From contig JAWAQR010000004.1 in NCBI GenBank assembly GCA_038893835.1, positions 1 through 62,808 on the forward strand: DNA of 62,808 bases, in the 5' to 3' direction. The notes beneath the pieces were generated by a model. It ran no database searches. It saw nothing but the letters and a program-made list of their open reading frames with translations, and had not been told where the DNA came from. Made by a program: the position numbers and the translations under genes. The stretch comes from Archaeoglobaceae archaeon (GTDB lineage: Archaea > Halobacteriota > Archaeoglobi > Archaeoglobales > Archaeoglobaceae). The stretch's first letter is position 1, and every line of letters begins with the position of its first letter. This document shows positions 1-9,803 of the stretch, in pieces.

Positions 1-668
1 TCAGATTTGCTAGATCAATAGGATTACTTGCCGTGATTACCGCAATTCTAGCTTACAGTAATTTGGGTGCCCTTTTTTCTGCAAACCACATTCCAATGTG
101 GCATGATGCCTCAAATCCCATTTATTTCGTATTAACAGCAATCGTAGCTGGATCTGCGATGCTAATTCTATCGATAATCGTCACCTCTTGGATAAAGGGG
201 AATTTGGAAAAGATTGAATCTCTTTTCTTGCTCAGAAAAATCCTATTATCTTCCTTACTTGTAACATCTTTGTTCCTGCTTTGGAGAACTGTGATAATCG
301 GCTATCCAGCAATTGATCAGAAAGCAAGTTATTCTATCCAGAATCTTCTTTTTGGTAAGTTTGCGATAAACTTCTGGTTCTTGGAGATATTTGTTGGAAT
401 TATTGCTCCAATTTTAGCTCTTTTGGCTGGAAAAAAGAACACCGATGCGCTTTTCGTCGCTTCATTCCTTTCATTGCTTGGAATCTTTGCTTCAAGGTTT
501 AACTTTATTTACGCTGGACAAACAGTCGTTCAAATCTCAGGAGTATCGATTACCACTGTAATTCATCCCTTAGAAGCTATGTTCGCTGTTGGCGCAATTT
601 CTTTAGCTCTCCTGCTCTACTACATACTTTACAAACTTCTCCCAATGGAGGTGGAACATGCTCCGTAG
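1..668 (+). CDS. NrfD/PsrC family polysulfide reductase-type membrane anchor (probably 5'-truncated by window edge)
   Basis: Multi-TM hydrophobic protein with PMWH..NPIYF, FW..EI.VG.IAP and SRFNFIYAGQ NrfD-like motifs; frame open toward the window start; followed by an NrfC-type ferredoxin. Confidence 0.8.
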   Translation, partial: RFARSIGLLAVITAILAYSNLGALFSANHIPMWHDASNPIYFVLTAIVAGSAMLILSIIVTSWIKGNLEKIESLFLLRKILLSSLLVTSLFLLWRTVIIGYPAIDQKASYSIQNLLFGKFAINFWFLEIFVGIIAPILALLAGKKNTDALFVASFLSLLGIFASRFNFIYAGQTVVQISGVSITTVIHPLEAMFAVGAISLALLLYYILYKLLPMEVEHAP

Positions 669-1332
669 GGATTTTCTTAAACTAATCTTCTCCCTCCCCC
701 TAGCTTCGCTGACGATTGCCAGTATTAGGAAAAGTGCTGGATACGCAATGGTTATAGATGTTGATAAGTGCATAGGTTGTGGAAAATGCGTTTTAGCTTG
801 TAAAATAGAAAATCACACACCTTTGGATTTACCAATTTCGAGAACTTGGATCGAGGGATATCTAGATGGGAAAAAGATCGTGATGAACACTTTGAAAAAT
901 CCATTCATCAACTTGAAGGCTGAGAGAGGATTTTTTGTTCCAAAACTTTGCAACCACTGCTCAAATGCTCCCTGCGTTAACGTATGCCCAGTAAATGCGA
1001 GATTTCACACGAGTGAGGGAGTTGTACTTGTCAATAAAGACGTTTGCATAGGCTGCAAATACTGCATAATAGCCTGCCCCTATGGAGCGACTTTCATCGA
1101 TCCAAATGAAAAAGTCACAGACAAATGCACTTTCTGTTACCACAGGATCAAAAAAGGGTTAAAACCTGTTTGCGTCCTAGTTTGCCCAACTGGAGCTAGA
1201 AAGTTTGGACAGATGAGGGAAGGGGACGAGATTTATGAGATATTAAAGAGGGGCAGAGTTAATGTGCTAAAGCCGGAAGCTGGAACTAAGCCGAGAGTTT
1301 TCTACTTGAATCTCGACACGGTGGTAGAATGA
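658..1332 (+). CDS. NrfC/PsrB-type 4Fe-4S ferredoxin subunit with Tat signal
   Basis: LRRDFLK twin-arginine signal; CIGCGKCVLAC, CNHCSNAPCVNVCP, CIGCKYCIIACP, KCTFC..PVCVLVCP. Confidence 0.9.
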   Translation: MLRRDFLKLIFSLPLASLTIASIRKSAGYAMVIDVDKCIGCGKCVLACKIENHTPLDLPISRTWIEGYLDGKKIVMNTLKNPFINLKAERGFFVPKLCNHCSNAPCVNVCPVNARFHTSEGVVLVNKDVCIGCKYCIIACPYGATFIDPNEKVTDKCTFCYHRIKKGLKPVCVLVCPTGARKFGQMREGDEIYEILKRGRVNVLKPEAGTKPRVFYLNLDTVVE

Positions 1333-1739
1333 GGGTTTGGCTCGCGGTTCTAATTATCGCTGTTATCGCTTATGGCGCCCTTTATGTCTACACATTCAAA
1401 GTTTCCCCAAAGATAAAAGAGAGTAGTTTTGAGAAGTGGATTGAGAAGGAGGAGAGAAAAGAGATTAGCTTCGTCCAAAGCTCGGTTTGCAGAGAATGCC
1501 ACCTAAAAATTTACAAAATCTGGATATCCGGAAACCATTCCAGCGTTGAATGTGAATCCTGCCATGGAGCTGGTGGAAACCATGTAAAGTTAAGGGTTAC
1601 GGGCAGTATAGTAGTTGATAAAAGCAGGGATTCTTGCCTCATCTGTCACAAAGAATTACCGGGGAGGATTGTGAGTACTGTGAGCGAGGGGCATGGAAGT
1701 GGAGTTATATGCATTTACTGCCATGATGCACATAGATGA
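1329..1739 (+). CDS. Membrane-anchored tetraheme cytochrome c
   Basis: N-terminal TM helix; four CxxCH motifs (CRECH, CESCH, CLICH, CIYCH). Confidence 0.9.
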   Translation: MRVWLAVLIIAVIAYGALYVYTFKVSPKIKESSFEKWIEKEERKEISFVQSSVCRECHLKIYKIWISGNHSSVECESCHGAGGNHVKLRVTGSIVVDKSRDSCLICHKELPGRIVSTVSEGHGSGVICIYCHDAHR

Positions 1740-2446
1740 TCCATGTAGTCTTGGTGGAGCTAAAGATACCGGAGAACATTGGATTCATCGCGAGAGTTTT
1801 GAAGAATTTTGGCTACGAAAATCTATATCTTTACAAATGCAATTTAACCGAAGAAAGCTTTAAAACTGCTGCAAATGCCAAAGATATACTAGAAAATGCA
1901 AAGAAAATAGAAGATCTCTGGAGCTTTTTGTCAAAGTTCAACTTAGTAGTTGGAACGACCGGAATCTCTGGAGGAGAATACAGATACTTCAGAAAGCCCA
2001 TGCTCACACCTGAACAGCTTAAAGAATACCTGGAGGGAGAGGTTGCAATACTATTTGGCAGAGAAGACTTTGGTTTGCTAAATGAAGAGCTCGAGATGTG
2101 CCATGTACTCGTAAAAATTCCGACGAGTGACGTTTATCCGGTTATGAACGTGAGCCATGCTGCTGCCGTGATTCTGTACATTCTCAGAGATGCAAAGAAG
2201 AGTGAGGAGAAACTAGCTACTGCCGAGGATATAGAGATTTTGATCAGGAAAGTTTCGGAACTCTTTGATCTGATAAATTTTCCAGAAAGAAGGAGGAAAA
2301 GGGAAATAGTAACCTTAAGACGCGTACTTGGAAGGGCAAGAATGAGAGACTACGAATTTGAAAGCATTATGGGGATATTCACAAAAACAATAGCCTGTAT
2401 AAAAAGAATGGAAACCGAAAAAGAGAAATCCAAAGAGAAAGTGTAA
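1736..2446 (+). CDS. trmJ: TrmJ/TrmH-family SPOUT tRNA 2'-O-methyltransferase
   Basis: VVLVE.KIPENIGFIAR, ILFGREDFGL, YPVMNVSHA SPOUT motifs. Confidence 0.85.
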   Translation: MIHVVLVELKIPENIGFIARVLKNFGYENLYLYKCNLTEESFKTAANAKDILENAKKIEDLWSFLSKFNLVVGTTGISGGEYRYFRKPMLTPEQLKEYLEGEVAILFGREDFGLLNEELEMCHVLVKIPTSDVYPVMNVSHAAAVILYILRDAKKSEEKLATAEDIEILIRKVSELFDLINFPERRRKREIVTLRRVLGRARMRDYEFESIMGIFTKTIACIKRMETEKEKSKEKV

Positions 2447-2450
2447 CTTC

Positions 2451-2855
2451 ATGAAGTATCGCTTCATAGATCATACAGCAGATATAGCGTTCGAAGTTTA
2501 TGGAAAAGATTTAAAAGAGCTACTCGTAAATGCTGCCCTTGCCTTCTATGAAGCTTTTGTAAAAGTTGAGAAAATCAAGGGAGAGGATAAAAAATTTGTG
2601 GAAGTTGAAGCTGAAGATGAAGATCTATTACTATACAAATGGTTGAACGAACTTCTATTCCTTTTCGAAACCCAGTTCTTTGCTGGAAAAGAAGTTAGAG
2701 TTGAGTTGGATGGATTAAAGGCGAAAGGGGAAATAATTGGAGGAAAATTTAGTAGAGATGCTGTGAAAGTGGAGCCAAAAGCTATAACGATGCACAAGTT
2801 TGGGATAAGGAAGGAAAAAGATGGACTTGCTGCCTTCATCGTAGTGGACATATGA
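2451..2855 (+). CDS. Archease
   Basis: YRFIDHTADI N-terminus, KAITMH and C-terminal VVDI. Confidence 0.95.
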   Translation: MKYRFIDHTADIAFEVYGKDLKELLVNAALAFYEAFVKVEKIKGEDKKFVEVEAEDEDLLLYKWLNELLFLFETQFFAGKEVRVELDGLKAKGEIIGGKFSRDAVKVEPKAITMHKFGIRKEKDGLAAFIVVDI

Positions 2856-3889
2856 GGGAAATCTATTTACCATTACACGATGGAAAGGCTCCTTACTGGC
2901 TTTTAAACAAGATGAAAAATCTGGCAAAGCAGATAGTTAAAGTTATAATTTTAGAATTTGGAGAACTTGAATTTCTAAAGAGAATTTCGAACCCGATATT
3001 CTTTCAGTCATTTTCAAACGTTCTTGGTTTCGATTGGAATTCTAGCGGGGCGACAACAGTATTAACAGGTGTTTTGAAATCCGTATTGAACACACCTGAA
3101 TTCGAGATAAGGGTTGCTGGTGGAAAAGGAGCTCATGGACTGAGAACTCCTGAAGAAATAAAAAGAATGGCTGAAGAAGTTGGAGCTGATGAAGAAAAGT
3201 TGATAAAGTTCAGTAGACTGGCTGCAAAAGCTGATAACTCGGCTTTGATAGATGGTTATACACTGTATCATCATGCGGTCTTCTTCACTAGAAAACACTT
3301 TACCATAGTTCAGCAAGGAATGAATGTGGAGAAAAGGATGGCGAGAAGATATCATTGGGAAGTATACACGCAGATACCAAGAGTTGAAGAAGTACACAGT
3401 GGAATAATAACAGAAAGTTTTGAAAAGGAAGTCATAAACATGGTATCAAGCAGAAGTAGGGATTCAAGAAAGTTGATAGTCGATCTTGTAAGAGATGGAA
3501 GCTTTAGAAGGGATTACGAGAATCTCATATCCATATCAAAACGTGGAACAGCTTTTTATGTTCCAAGAAAGATAGACTGGAAGGCAGTTGAAAAAGCCTA
3601 CAACCTGCAGGTTGATAACTTTGAAGATTTGCTTCTGATCAAAGGAATTGGAAAAGAAACAATAAGGGCCCTTGCTCTAATCTCCGATCTTATTTACAAC
3701 GTAGAATACGACAAACAGGATCCGGCAAAGTATTGTTTTGTCGTAGGCGGTAAAGATGGGGTTCCATTTCCAATTCGAAGACAAGTTTACGATGAAGTAA
3801 TAGAGTTCATGAAAGAGGTTTTAAGACAAACGGAGCTTAATTTCTTTGAGAAGAAGAATGCTATGGAAAGGTTGGAAAAAATCAGGTGA
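2852..3889 (+). CDS. DUF763 family protein
   Basis: LPLHDGKAPYWL, GFDWNSSGATT, IVQQGMN...ARRYHW, GGKDGVPFP motifs. Confidence 0.9.
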   Translation: MREIYLPLHDGKAPYWLLNKMKNLAKQIVKVIILEFGELEFLKRISNPIFFQSFSNVLGFDWNSSGATTVLTGVLKSVLNTPEFEIRVAGGKGAHGLRTPEEIKRMAEEVGADEEKLIKFSRLAAKADNSALIDGYTLYHHAVFFTRKHFTIVQQGMNVEKRMARRYHWEVYTQIPRVEEVHSGIITESFEKEVINMVSSRSRDSRKLIVDLVRDGSFRRDYENLISISKRGTAFYVPRKIDWKAVEKAYNLQVDNFEDLLLIKGIGKETIRALALISDLIYNVEYDKQDPAKYCFVVGGKDGVPFPIRRQVYDEVIEFMKEVLRQTELNFFEKKNAMERLEKIR

Positions 3890-3893
3890 TTTT

Positions 3894-4553
3894 ATGAAAT
3901 TGGTCATATCTCTTGGTGGCTCAGTTTTTGAGGGAGATGTAGAAAGGATCAGAAAATTTGCAGAAGTTCTCGATGAAGTTGCAGAAAATCACAAACTATT
4001 CATCGTTGTTGGTGGTGGAAAATTGGCAAGAGAATTGATACAAAAAGCAAGAAATCTTGGGGCAAATGAAGTTATGTGCGATTATCTTGGTATAGCTGTT
4101 ACGAGGATAAATGCGATGCTATTAGCTTTCGCGATGAGAAATTCTGCAAAAAAAATTCCAGAAAATTTCATAGAGGCTGAGGAATTGAGCAGGTTTCATA
4201 AGGCAGTTGTAATGGGTGGAACTTTTCCAGGACATACAACCGATGCCACAGCAGTTTTACTTGCAGAATTTGTGAAAGCAGATCTCTTCCTCAATGCAAC
4301 TTCCGTGGATGGAATATACTCTAGCGATCCAAAGAAAGATCCTAATGCAGTAAAGTTTGAAAAGATTAGCCCAAGAGATTTGATCGAACTGATAGCAAAG
4401 GAAGAGATGAAAGCAGGTGTTAACGTTGTAATGGATCTGCTTTCTGTGAAGATTCTGGAAAGGAGTAAGATAAAAGCCATCGTTTTTAAAGGTGAGCCAG
4501 AAAATATACGAAAAGTGTTACAAGGGGAAAAAATAGGAACTTTAATTTCCTAA
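3894..4553 (+). CDS. pyrH: UMP kinase
   Basis: VISLGGS, VVGGGKLAR, GGTFPGHTTDA, VDGIYSSDPK; start moved to ATG 3894 after an AGGTGA RBS. Confidence 0.95.
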   Translation: MKLVISLGGSVFEGDVERIRKFAEVLDEVAENHKLFIVVGGGKLARELIQKARNLGANEVMCDYLGIAVTRINAMLLAFAMRNSAKKIPENFIEAEELSRFHKAVVMGGTFPGHTTDATAVLLAEFVKADLFLNATSVDGIYSSDPKKDPNAVKFEKISPRDLIELIAKEEMKAGVNVVMDLLSVKILERSKIKAIVFKGEPENIRKVLQGEKIGTLIS

Positions 4554-5851
4554 AATATTTTTCCTGGGCTCAAAATTCCGTTTGGATCAAAGATTTCCTT
4601 TATTTTTTTCATAAGAAGATAATTTTCTGGGAAAAATTTTCTGAACTCTTCCTTCTTAATCTCTCCTATCCCATGTTCCCCACTTATCGTTCCCCCCATT
4701 TCGATTGCAATTCTCAATATTTCCTCTCTAAACTTCCAATAAACTCTTTCCCATCCATCAAAGATCAGAGGATGTTGGTGCAAGTTTCCATCTCCGATAT
4801 GCCCATATGTTATCATTTCGATACCGTATTTTTCAGCTATTTCCTTGCTCCTTCTTAAGTAGCTGGAAATCTCCGCTTGAGGAATGCAGACATCCAGAAT
4901 CTCGATTATTTTATCTTTAAGACCGAGATATATCTTTCCCCGAATCTCCAGCAAGTCCCTTTTTTCCCTTGGACTTGCCAAAAAAACATCGATTGCATTG
5001 AAGCTATACGCAATTTCCGCACTCTTTTCCGCTTCCTCGCCACGTTCAAAAATAGCAAGCACATGTGCCTCCCCTTCTCTGCTAACCCACCTTTTACCAC
5101 TGACTTTTTCCCCGATTTCTACAGCCTTCTTTTCCATGAACTCCAATGCAAGGGGAATGCATATCTTAGAGATTTCGATGCAGCATTCTATAGCATCTTC
5201 AGAATTTCTGAATGGAATCGCAAGAACACTCTCATCCCTCATCGGGGGGAGAAGGCGAATTATAGCTTTTGTGATTACAGCGAGAGTACCTTCGCTACCT
5301 ATAAGAAGGTGGAGTAAAGAATAACCTGAGGAATTCTTGAGCGTTTTACCTCCAAATCTCACTATACTCCCATCAGGAAGAACTGCCTCTATTCCAAGAA
5401 CGTAATTCCTCATCACTCCAAACTTCGTAGCCCTAACTCCACCAGCATTTGTTGCAATCATTCCTCCAATTGTCGCATTTTCCGCCCCAGGTTTTGGAGG
5501 AAAGCTAAGTCCATGCTTTTCTGCGGCTTTTGTCAATTCTTCAAGCGTAACTCCAGCGCCACAGACTGCGAGTTTGTTGCGAACATCTATTTCAAGATCC
5601 TTCATTCTTTCAGTGGAAATCAGTATTCCTTCCATACTCGGAATCGCTCCTCCACTCAATCCAGTTCCCCCTCCGCGGATAAAAACTGGTATTCTTTTTT
5701 CATTTGCGAACTTCAGAATTTTTGAAACTTCTTCCGCATTTCTCGGCTTGACAACTACGAATTCTCTAGCCTTTGGAGCTATCGCCTTTGGCGTCTCATC
5801 GTATGCATAGCTTTCGATCTTGTAGACCTCAAAAAATTTATCCAAACTCAT
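4550..5851 (-). CDS. FAD-linked oxidase, GlcD/D-lactate dehydrogenase family
   Basis: RGGGTGLSGG, ATIGGMIATNAGG, GSEGTL, GHIGDGNLH, GEHGIG, FDPNGILSPGK. Confidence 0.9.
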   Translation of the reverse strand: MSLDKFFEVYKIESYAYDETPKAIAPKAREFVVVKPRNAEEVSKILKFANEKRIPVFIRGGGTGLSGGAIPSMEGILISTERMKDLEIDVRNKLAVCGAGVTLEELTKAAEKHGLSFPPKPGAENATIGGMIATNAGGVRATKFGVMRNYVLGIEAVLPDGSIVRFGGKTLKNSSGYSLLHLLIGSEGTLAVITKAIIRLLPPMRDESVLAIPFRNSEDAIECCIEISKICIPLALEFMEKKAVEIGEKVSGKRWVSREGEAHVLAIFERGEEAEKSAEIAYSFNAIDVFLASPREKRDLLEIRGKIYLGLKDKIIEILDVCIPQAEISSYLRRSKEIAEKYGIEMITYGHIGDGNLHQHPLIFDGWERVYWKFREEILRIAIEMGGTISGEHGIGEIKKEEFRKFFPENYLLMKKIKEIFDPNGILSPGKIF

Positions 5852-6156
5852 CTCCTTCCCCTCAGCTGAAATCTTCTGATATTTGAGCAGTTGAGGCAGG
5901 TTATTATTACAGAAGATTTGTGAATTCTAACCCTAAATCGATCTGAGCGGTAAGGGTATAGGCATTTTTTGCAAAACGTAAGCTTATATTTTTTCGGAAT
6001 TCTGACCCGATACTTCATCGATATCTTTCTTGCTAGCTCCACATACCTCCTTGCAAGCTCGTAATCGATCATCTTAAACTTTTCAGCTCTTTCAAGCAAG
6101 TAAGATATCCTCTCAAACGCTATTTTTCTTTCTTTTTCTTTCTCCCTTTTCAGCAT
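5848..6156 (-). CDS. rnp4: Ribonuclease P protein component 4 (Rpp21)
   Basis: IAFERI..L, ARRYVELARKI, FCKKC and TCLNC Zn motifs; start trimmed to MLKREKE because the longer ORF overlaps sepS. Confidence 0.9.
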   Translation of the reverse strand: MLKREKEKERKIAFERISYLLERAEKFKMIDYELARRYVELARKISMKYRVRIPKKYKLTFCKKCLYPYRSDRFRVRIHKSSVIITCLNCSNIRRFQLRGRR

Positions 6157-6204
6157 CGTTAGAAAATACGACAAAGATAAATAACTTTCCATCGAGGGAT
6201 TCGC

Positions 6205-7809
6205 ATGAGATTTGATACGAGAAAGTTCAGAGAACTTGCAGAGAAAGACTTTGAAAAAGCCTGGCTTAGCGGAAAGGAGATAATAGCTAAAAAGAATCCA
6301 AACGAATTTTATCCTAGGCTTGGCTATTCTTATGGAGAAGAGCATCCAATTTTCAAGACCATAGAAATGCTGAGAAGGGCTTATTTATCCATGGGATTTA
6401 AGGAGGTTGTAAATCCAATAATAGTTGAAGATGTTCATGTTAAAAAGCAGTTCGGTAAAGAAGCGCTTGCTGTGCTTGATCGCTGCTTTTACTTGGCAAC
6501 ACTACCAAAGCCAAACGTTGGAATTTCAGCTGAGAAAACGCAAAAAATAAGGGAAATGATTGGAAAGAATTTCGATGAAGAAGAATTAAGGAAGGTATTT
6601 CACCTATACAAAAAGGGAAAGATCGATGGAGATGACTTAAGCTATGAAATAGCAAAAAAGTTGGGTGTAGATGATCTGATGGCTATAAAAATCCTAGATG
6701 AAGTTTTTCCGGAGTTCAAAGAGTTAAAACCAGAGGCGAGTAAATTAACTTTAAGGAGTCACATGACTACTGGATGGTTCATAACGCTGAGCGAAATTGC
6801 TGATAAGCTTCCATTACCAATAAAGCTCTTCAGCATTGACAGATGCTTCAGAAAAGAACAAAGAGAAGATGAGACTAGATTATACAGCTATTTCTCTGCC
6901 AGCTGCGTCGTGGTGGATGAAGAGGTCAGCGTAGATGATGGTAAAGCGGTAGCTGAAGCTTTGTTGAGACAGTTTGGTTTTGAAAAGTTTAAATTTAAGC
7001 TGGATGAGAAAAGAAGCAAATATTACATTCCCTCAACACAGACAGAAGTTTATGCTTTTCATCCAAAGCTTGTTGGTTCAAAGACAAAATACAGCGATGG
7101 CTGGGTTGAAATCGCTACTTTTGGCATTTATTCCCCAACAGCACTTGCAGAATATGATATAGAGTATCCGGTGATGAATCTTGGATTAGGAGTTGAAAGG
7201 CTTGCAATGGTCATCTTTGGCTACGATGATATAAGGAAACTCGTCTATCCACAGCTATACGGGGAAATCAATCTCAGCGATCTGGAGATAGCGAGAGAGA
7301 TAAAGATTAAAGAGTATCCCAGAACAGAAACTGGGTTTGAAATCGCTGAAAAAATCGTTAAAACTGCTGAAAAGAACGCTGAAGCAATGAGTCCATGCTG
7401 TTTCCTAGCCTTTGAAGGCGAGTTATTCGAGAAATATGTGAAAGTCTTTGTGGAAGAAATCGAGGAGAACTCAAAGCTATGTGGCCCAGCATTTGCAAAT
7501 GAAATCGTAGTCTGGCAGGGGAGCATTTACGGTGTACCCAAGACAGATGAGTTCAAAAGGTTGTTTGAAGAAGGTGTGAGTACAGGGATAAGGTATATAG
7601 ATTCATTCTCCCTCCTCGCAGCAAAGAAAATAGAAGAAATGGCTTTTAAAGGGGAAAAAAGCGTTGTTGTAAGAGTTAGAAACGTTGAGGGTTTGTCGAG
7701 CATAAACTTAAGGATTCAGGAAAACGTTCGCAGATACATAGTTTGGAAAGGTGGAAGGATTGACGTTCGAGGCCCAATGTTCGTGAGGGTTAGGGCTATA
7801 TTGGAATGA
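6205..7809 (+). CDS. sepS: O-phosphoserine--tRNA(Cys) ligase (SepRS)
   Basis: KQFGKEALAVLDRCFYL, LRSHMTTGWF, SIDRCFR.EQRED, VMNLGLGVERLAM. Confidence 0.97.
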   Translation: MRFDTRKFRELAEKDFEKAWLSGKEIIAKKNPNEFYPRLGYSYGEEHPIFKTIEMLRRAYLSMGFKEVVNPIIVEDVHVKKQFGKEALAVLDRCFYLATLPKPNVGISAEKTQKIREMIGKNFDEEELRKVFHLYKKGKIDGDDLSYEIAKKLGVDDLMAIKILDEVFPEFKELKPEASKLTLRSHMTTGWFITLSEIADKLPLPIKLFSIDRCFRKEQREDETRLYSYFSASCVVVDEEVSVDDGKAVAEALLRQFGFEKFKFKLDEKRSKYYIPSTQTEVYAFHPKLVGSKTKYSDGWVEIATFGIYSPTALAEYDIEYPVMNLGLGVERLAMVIFGYDDIRKLVYPQLYGEINLSDLEIAREIKIKEYPRTETGFEIAEKIVKTAEKNAEAMSPCCFLAFEGELFEKYVKVFVEEIEENSKLCGPAFANEIVVWQGSIYGVPKTDEFKRLFEEGVSTGIRYIDSFSLLAAKKIEEMAFKGEKSVVVRVRNVEGLSSINLRIQENVRRYIVWKGGRIDVRGPMFVRVRAILE

Positions 7810-8353
7810 GGAGTCTTAACCAACCTATAAGTGGAATTCTGAACTTTGCAACCCCTATTATCCATTCCTCTTTCACAGGCAAGATCCTCTCAGCACCTCC
7901 AGGGAAGCGAACTAGTGCTAGCTGATCGGAAATTCGATTTGCATCTCCCTGGGTTATATAACCGGAAATTTTTGCGATGCTATCAGAATAACTTAACTCC
8001 CCTTTCAAGAGAACTGGAATCCTTTCCCCCTCATTCACATATGCGATGGCTCTATGAATTATCGGCTTTCCATTTCCGTTTGGGTAGAAAACTATGACAT
8101 CTCCATAATCTCCAAAGCTCCTATAGCCCCTTTCTTTTCCATCTTCCCAAGTCACTATTCCAACTCTACTTGGATGCATCAGGATCACGACGTCACCTGG
8201 CATAAGGTTTGGTTGCATGCTTCCAGATTCTACTGCAACCATGAAAGGCCAGCAACCAGTTATTGCGATACCAGCAGCTATAATTACTACAACAATCAGC
8301 ACAGTTGAGACCAAATCCTTTATGAACTTTAGAAACTTAGAGTTGTTCGACAT
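7796..8353 (-). CDS. Signal peptidase I (S26, archaeal Sec11-like); start uncertain
   Basis: N-terminal TM, VESGSMQP catalytic Ser, IIHRA, ITQGDAN, RIPLIGW. Confidence 0.9.
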   Translation of the reverse strand: MSNNSKFLKFIKDLVSTVLIVVVIIAAGIAITGCWPFMVAVESGSMQPNLMPGDVVILMHPSRVGIVTWEDGKERGYRSFGDYGDVIVFYPNGNGKPIIHRAIAYVNEGERIPVLLKGELSYSDSIAKISGYITQGDANRISDQLALVRFPGGAERILPVKEEWIIGVAKFRIPLIGWLRLLIPI

Positions 8354-9803
8354 GAGTGAAAGTTTGCAGAAAGTTGTTAAAGGTATCGATGCCATAACGG
8401 TTGCAAAAAAATTCCTGGTTCGAGGTTTTAACGTTAGCCCAGAAGCTGCCAAGATAGTCGCTTCCTTTCATGATCCCGAGTTACTAATATCGGAAGTATG
8501 TAGAATTTCAAAGAATAAGTTCATAATCTGTGAAGAAGATGTAATAACAGCTCTGAAAAGCTTGGAAAGGAGAGAAGAGAGAGTAGAAATTAAGATCAGT
8601 GAGAAAAAAGTTCAAGAGGAGATTAGAATAATCAGAAATATAGACAACAGCTTTGTGGAGGGGAAAGTGGAGGATTTCATTGCCTACTTCAATTCCAGAC
8701 TTGAAAAGTTGAGTAAAATTTTCAAGGGAAGAGTTCAGGCTGTAAAGATCAAAGATCTTGGCAGATTTAGGGGGGAAAGTGTTAGCGTAATAGGGATGGT
8801 AACAGAAGTTATCGACAAAAAGGATTTCGTCCTCATAGAATTGGAAGATCAAACAGGGATTATTAATTGCATAGCAGTCGGCAAGAATGCGGAAATTGCT
8901 AGAAGTCTTCTCGGCGATGAAGTTATTGCCGTTACTGGAACTCTAAAAGGTAATTCGATAGTTGCAGATCGCATACTTTTCCCTGATTGTCCGATGAATG
9001 AAAATAAGAAATCAATAGACTTTGGCATAGTCTTCATTTCTGATACACACTTTGGTAGCAAAGGTTTTTTGGAGGATAAATGGAAGCTCTTCATCCAGTG
9101 GTTGAACTGTGAGAGTAAAAATGAGGAGATGAACAGGATTGCTGAAAAAGTGAAGTATTTAATTGTAGCTGGAGATATAGTGGATGGAGTTGGGGTTTAT
9201 CCTGATCAAGAAAAGGAACTTGCGATCATCGACGTCTATGAACAGTACGAGGTTGCGGCTAGTCATTTTGATAGCATTAGAAAAGATATAACAATAATAA
9301 TTTCCCCTGGGAACCATGATGCTGTTCGTCAAGCTGAACCGCAACCTCCTTTGCCAAAGGAAATAGCAAACTTATTTCCAAAGAATGTTAAAAATGTTGC
9401 AAATCCCGCTTTTGTTGAACTTGGGGGAATAAGGGTTCTGATATACCACGGAAGAAGCCTAGATGACGTTGTAACCAAAATACCAGGATTGAGCTATGAA
9501 AGCCCACATAAGGCTATGGAGGAATTGTTGAAGAGAAGACATTTAAGCCCGCTTTATGGGGGAAGAAGTCCAATAGCTCCATCGAGAGAAGATCACTTGG
9601 TGATAGATGAAATTCCAGATATTCTTCAATGCGGACATGTTCACACATATGGTACTGGATTTTATCGTGGAGTATTTCTCGTGAACTCATCAACTTGGCA
9701 AGCTCAAACAGAGTTCCAGAAAAAAATAAACCTGAATCCGATGCCGTGTAATGTGGCAGTTTATTTTGGAGATAAAATATACAGGATAAACTTTGGTGGT
9801 TGA
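8352..9803 (+). CDS. polB: DNA polymerase D small subunit DP1 (3'-5' exonuclease); start uncertain
   Basis: OB fold (LEDQTG); ISDTHFGS, AGDIVDGVGVYP, PGNHDAVRQAEPQP, YHGRSLDD, GHVH. Confidence 0.95.
   Translation: MSESLQKVVKGIDAITVAKKFLVRGFNVSPEAAKIVASFHDPELLISEVCRISKNKFIICEEDVITALKSLERREERVEIKISEKKVQEEIRIIRNIDNSFVEGKVEDFIAYFNSRLEKLSKIFKGRVQAVKIKDLGRFRGESVSVIGMVTEVIDKKDFVLIELEDQTGIINCIAVGKNAEIARSLLGDEVIAVTGTLKGNSIVADRILFPDCPMNENKKSIDFGIVFISDTHFGSKGFLEDKWKLFIQWLNCESKNEEMNRIAEKVKYLIVAGDIVDGVGVYPDQEKELAIIDVYEQYEVAASHFDSIRKDITIIISPGNHDAVRQAEPQPPLPKEIANLFPKNVKNVANPAFVELGGIRVLIYHGRSLDDVVTKIPGLSYESPHKAMEELLKRRHLSPLYGGRSPIAPSREDHLVIDEIPDILQCGHVHTYGTGFYRGVFLVNSSTWQAQTEFQKKINLNPMPCNVAVYFGDKIYRINFGG

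Noticed and set aside
6157-6345. Long N-terminal ORF-track extensions (rnp4 here; likewise DP1, signal peptidase, sucC, thi4, pyrH, KH protein)
   Set aside because: They come from upstream alternative start codons, mostly overlapping neighbouring genes; family-typical starts lie downstream.
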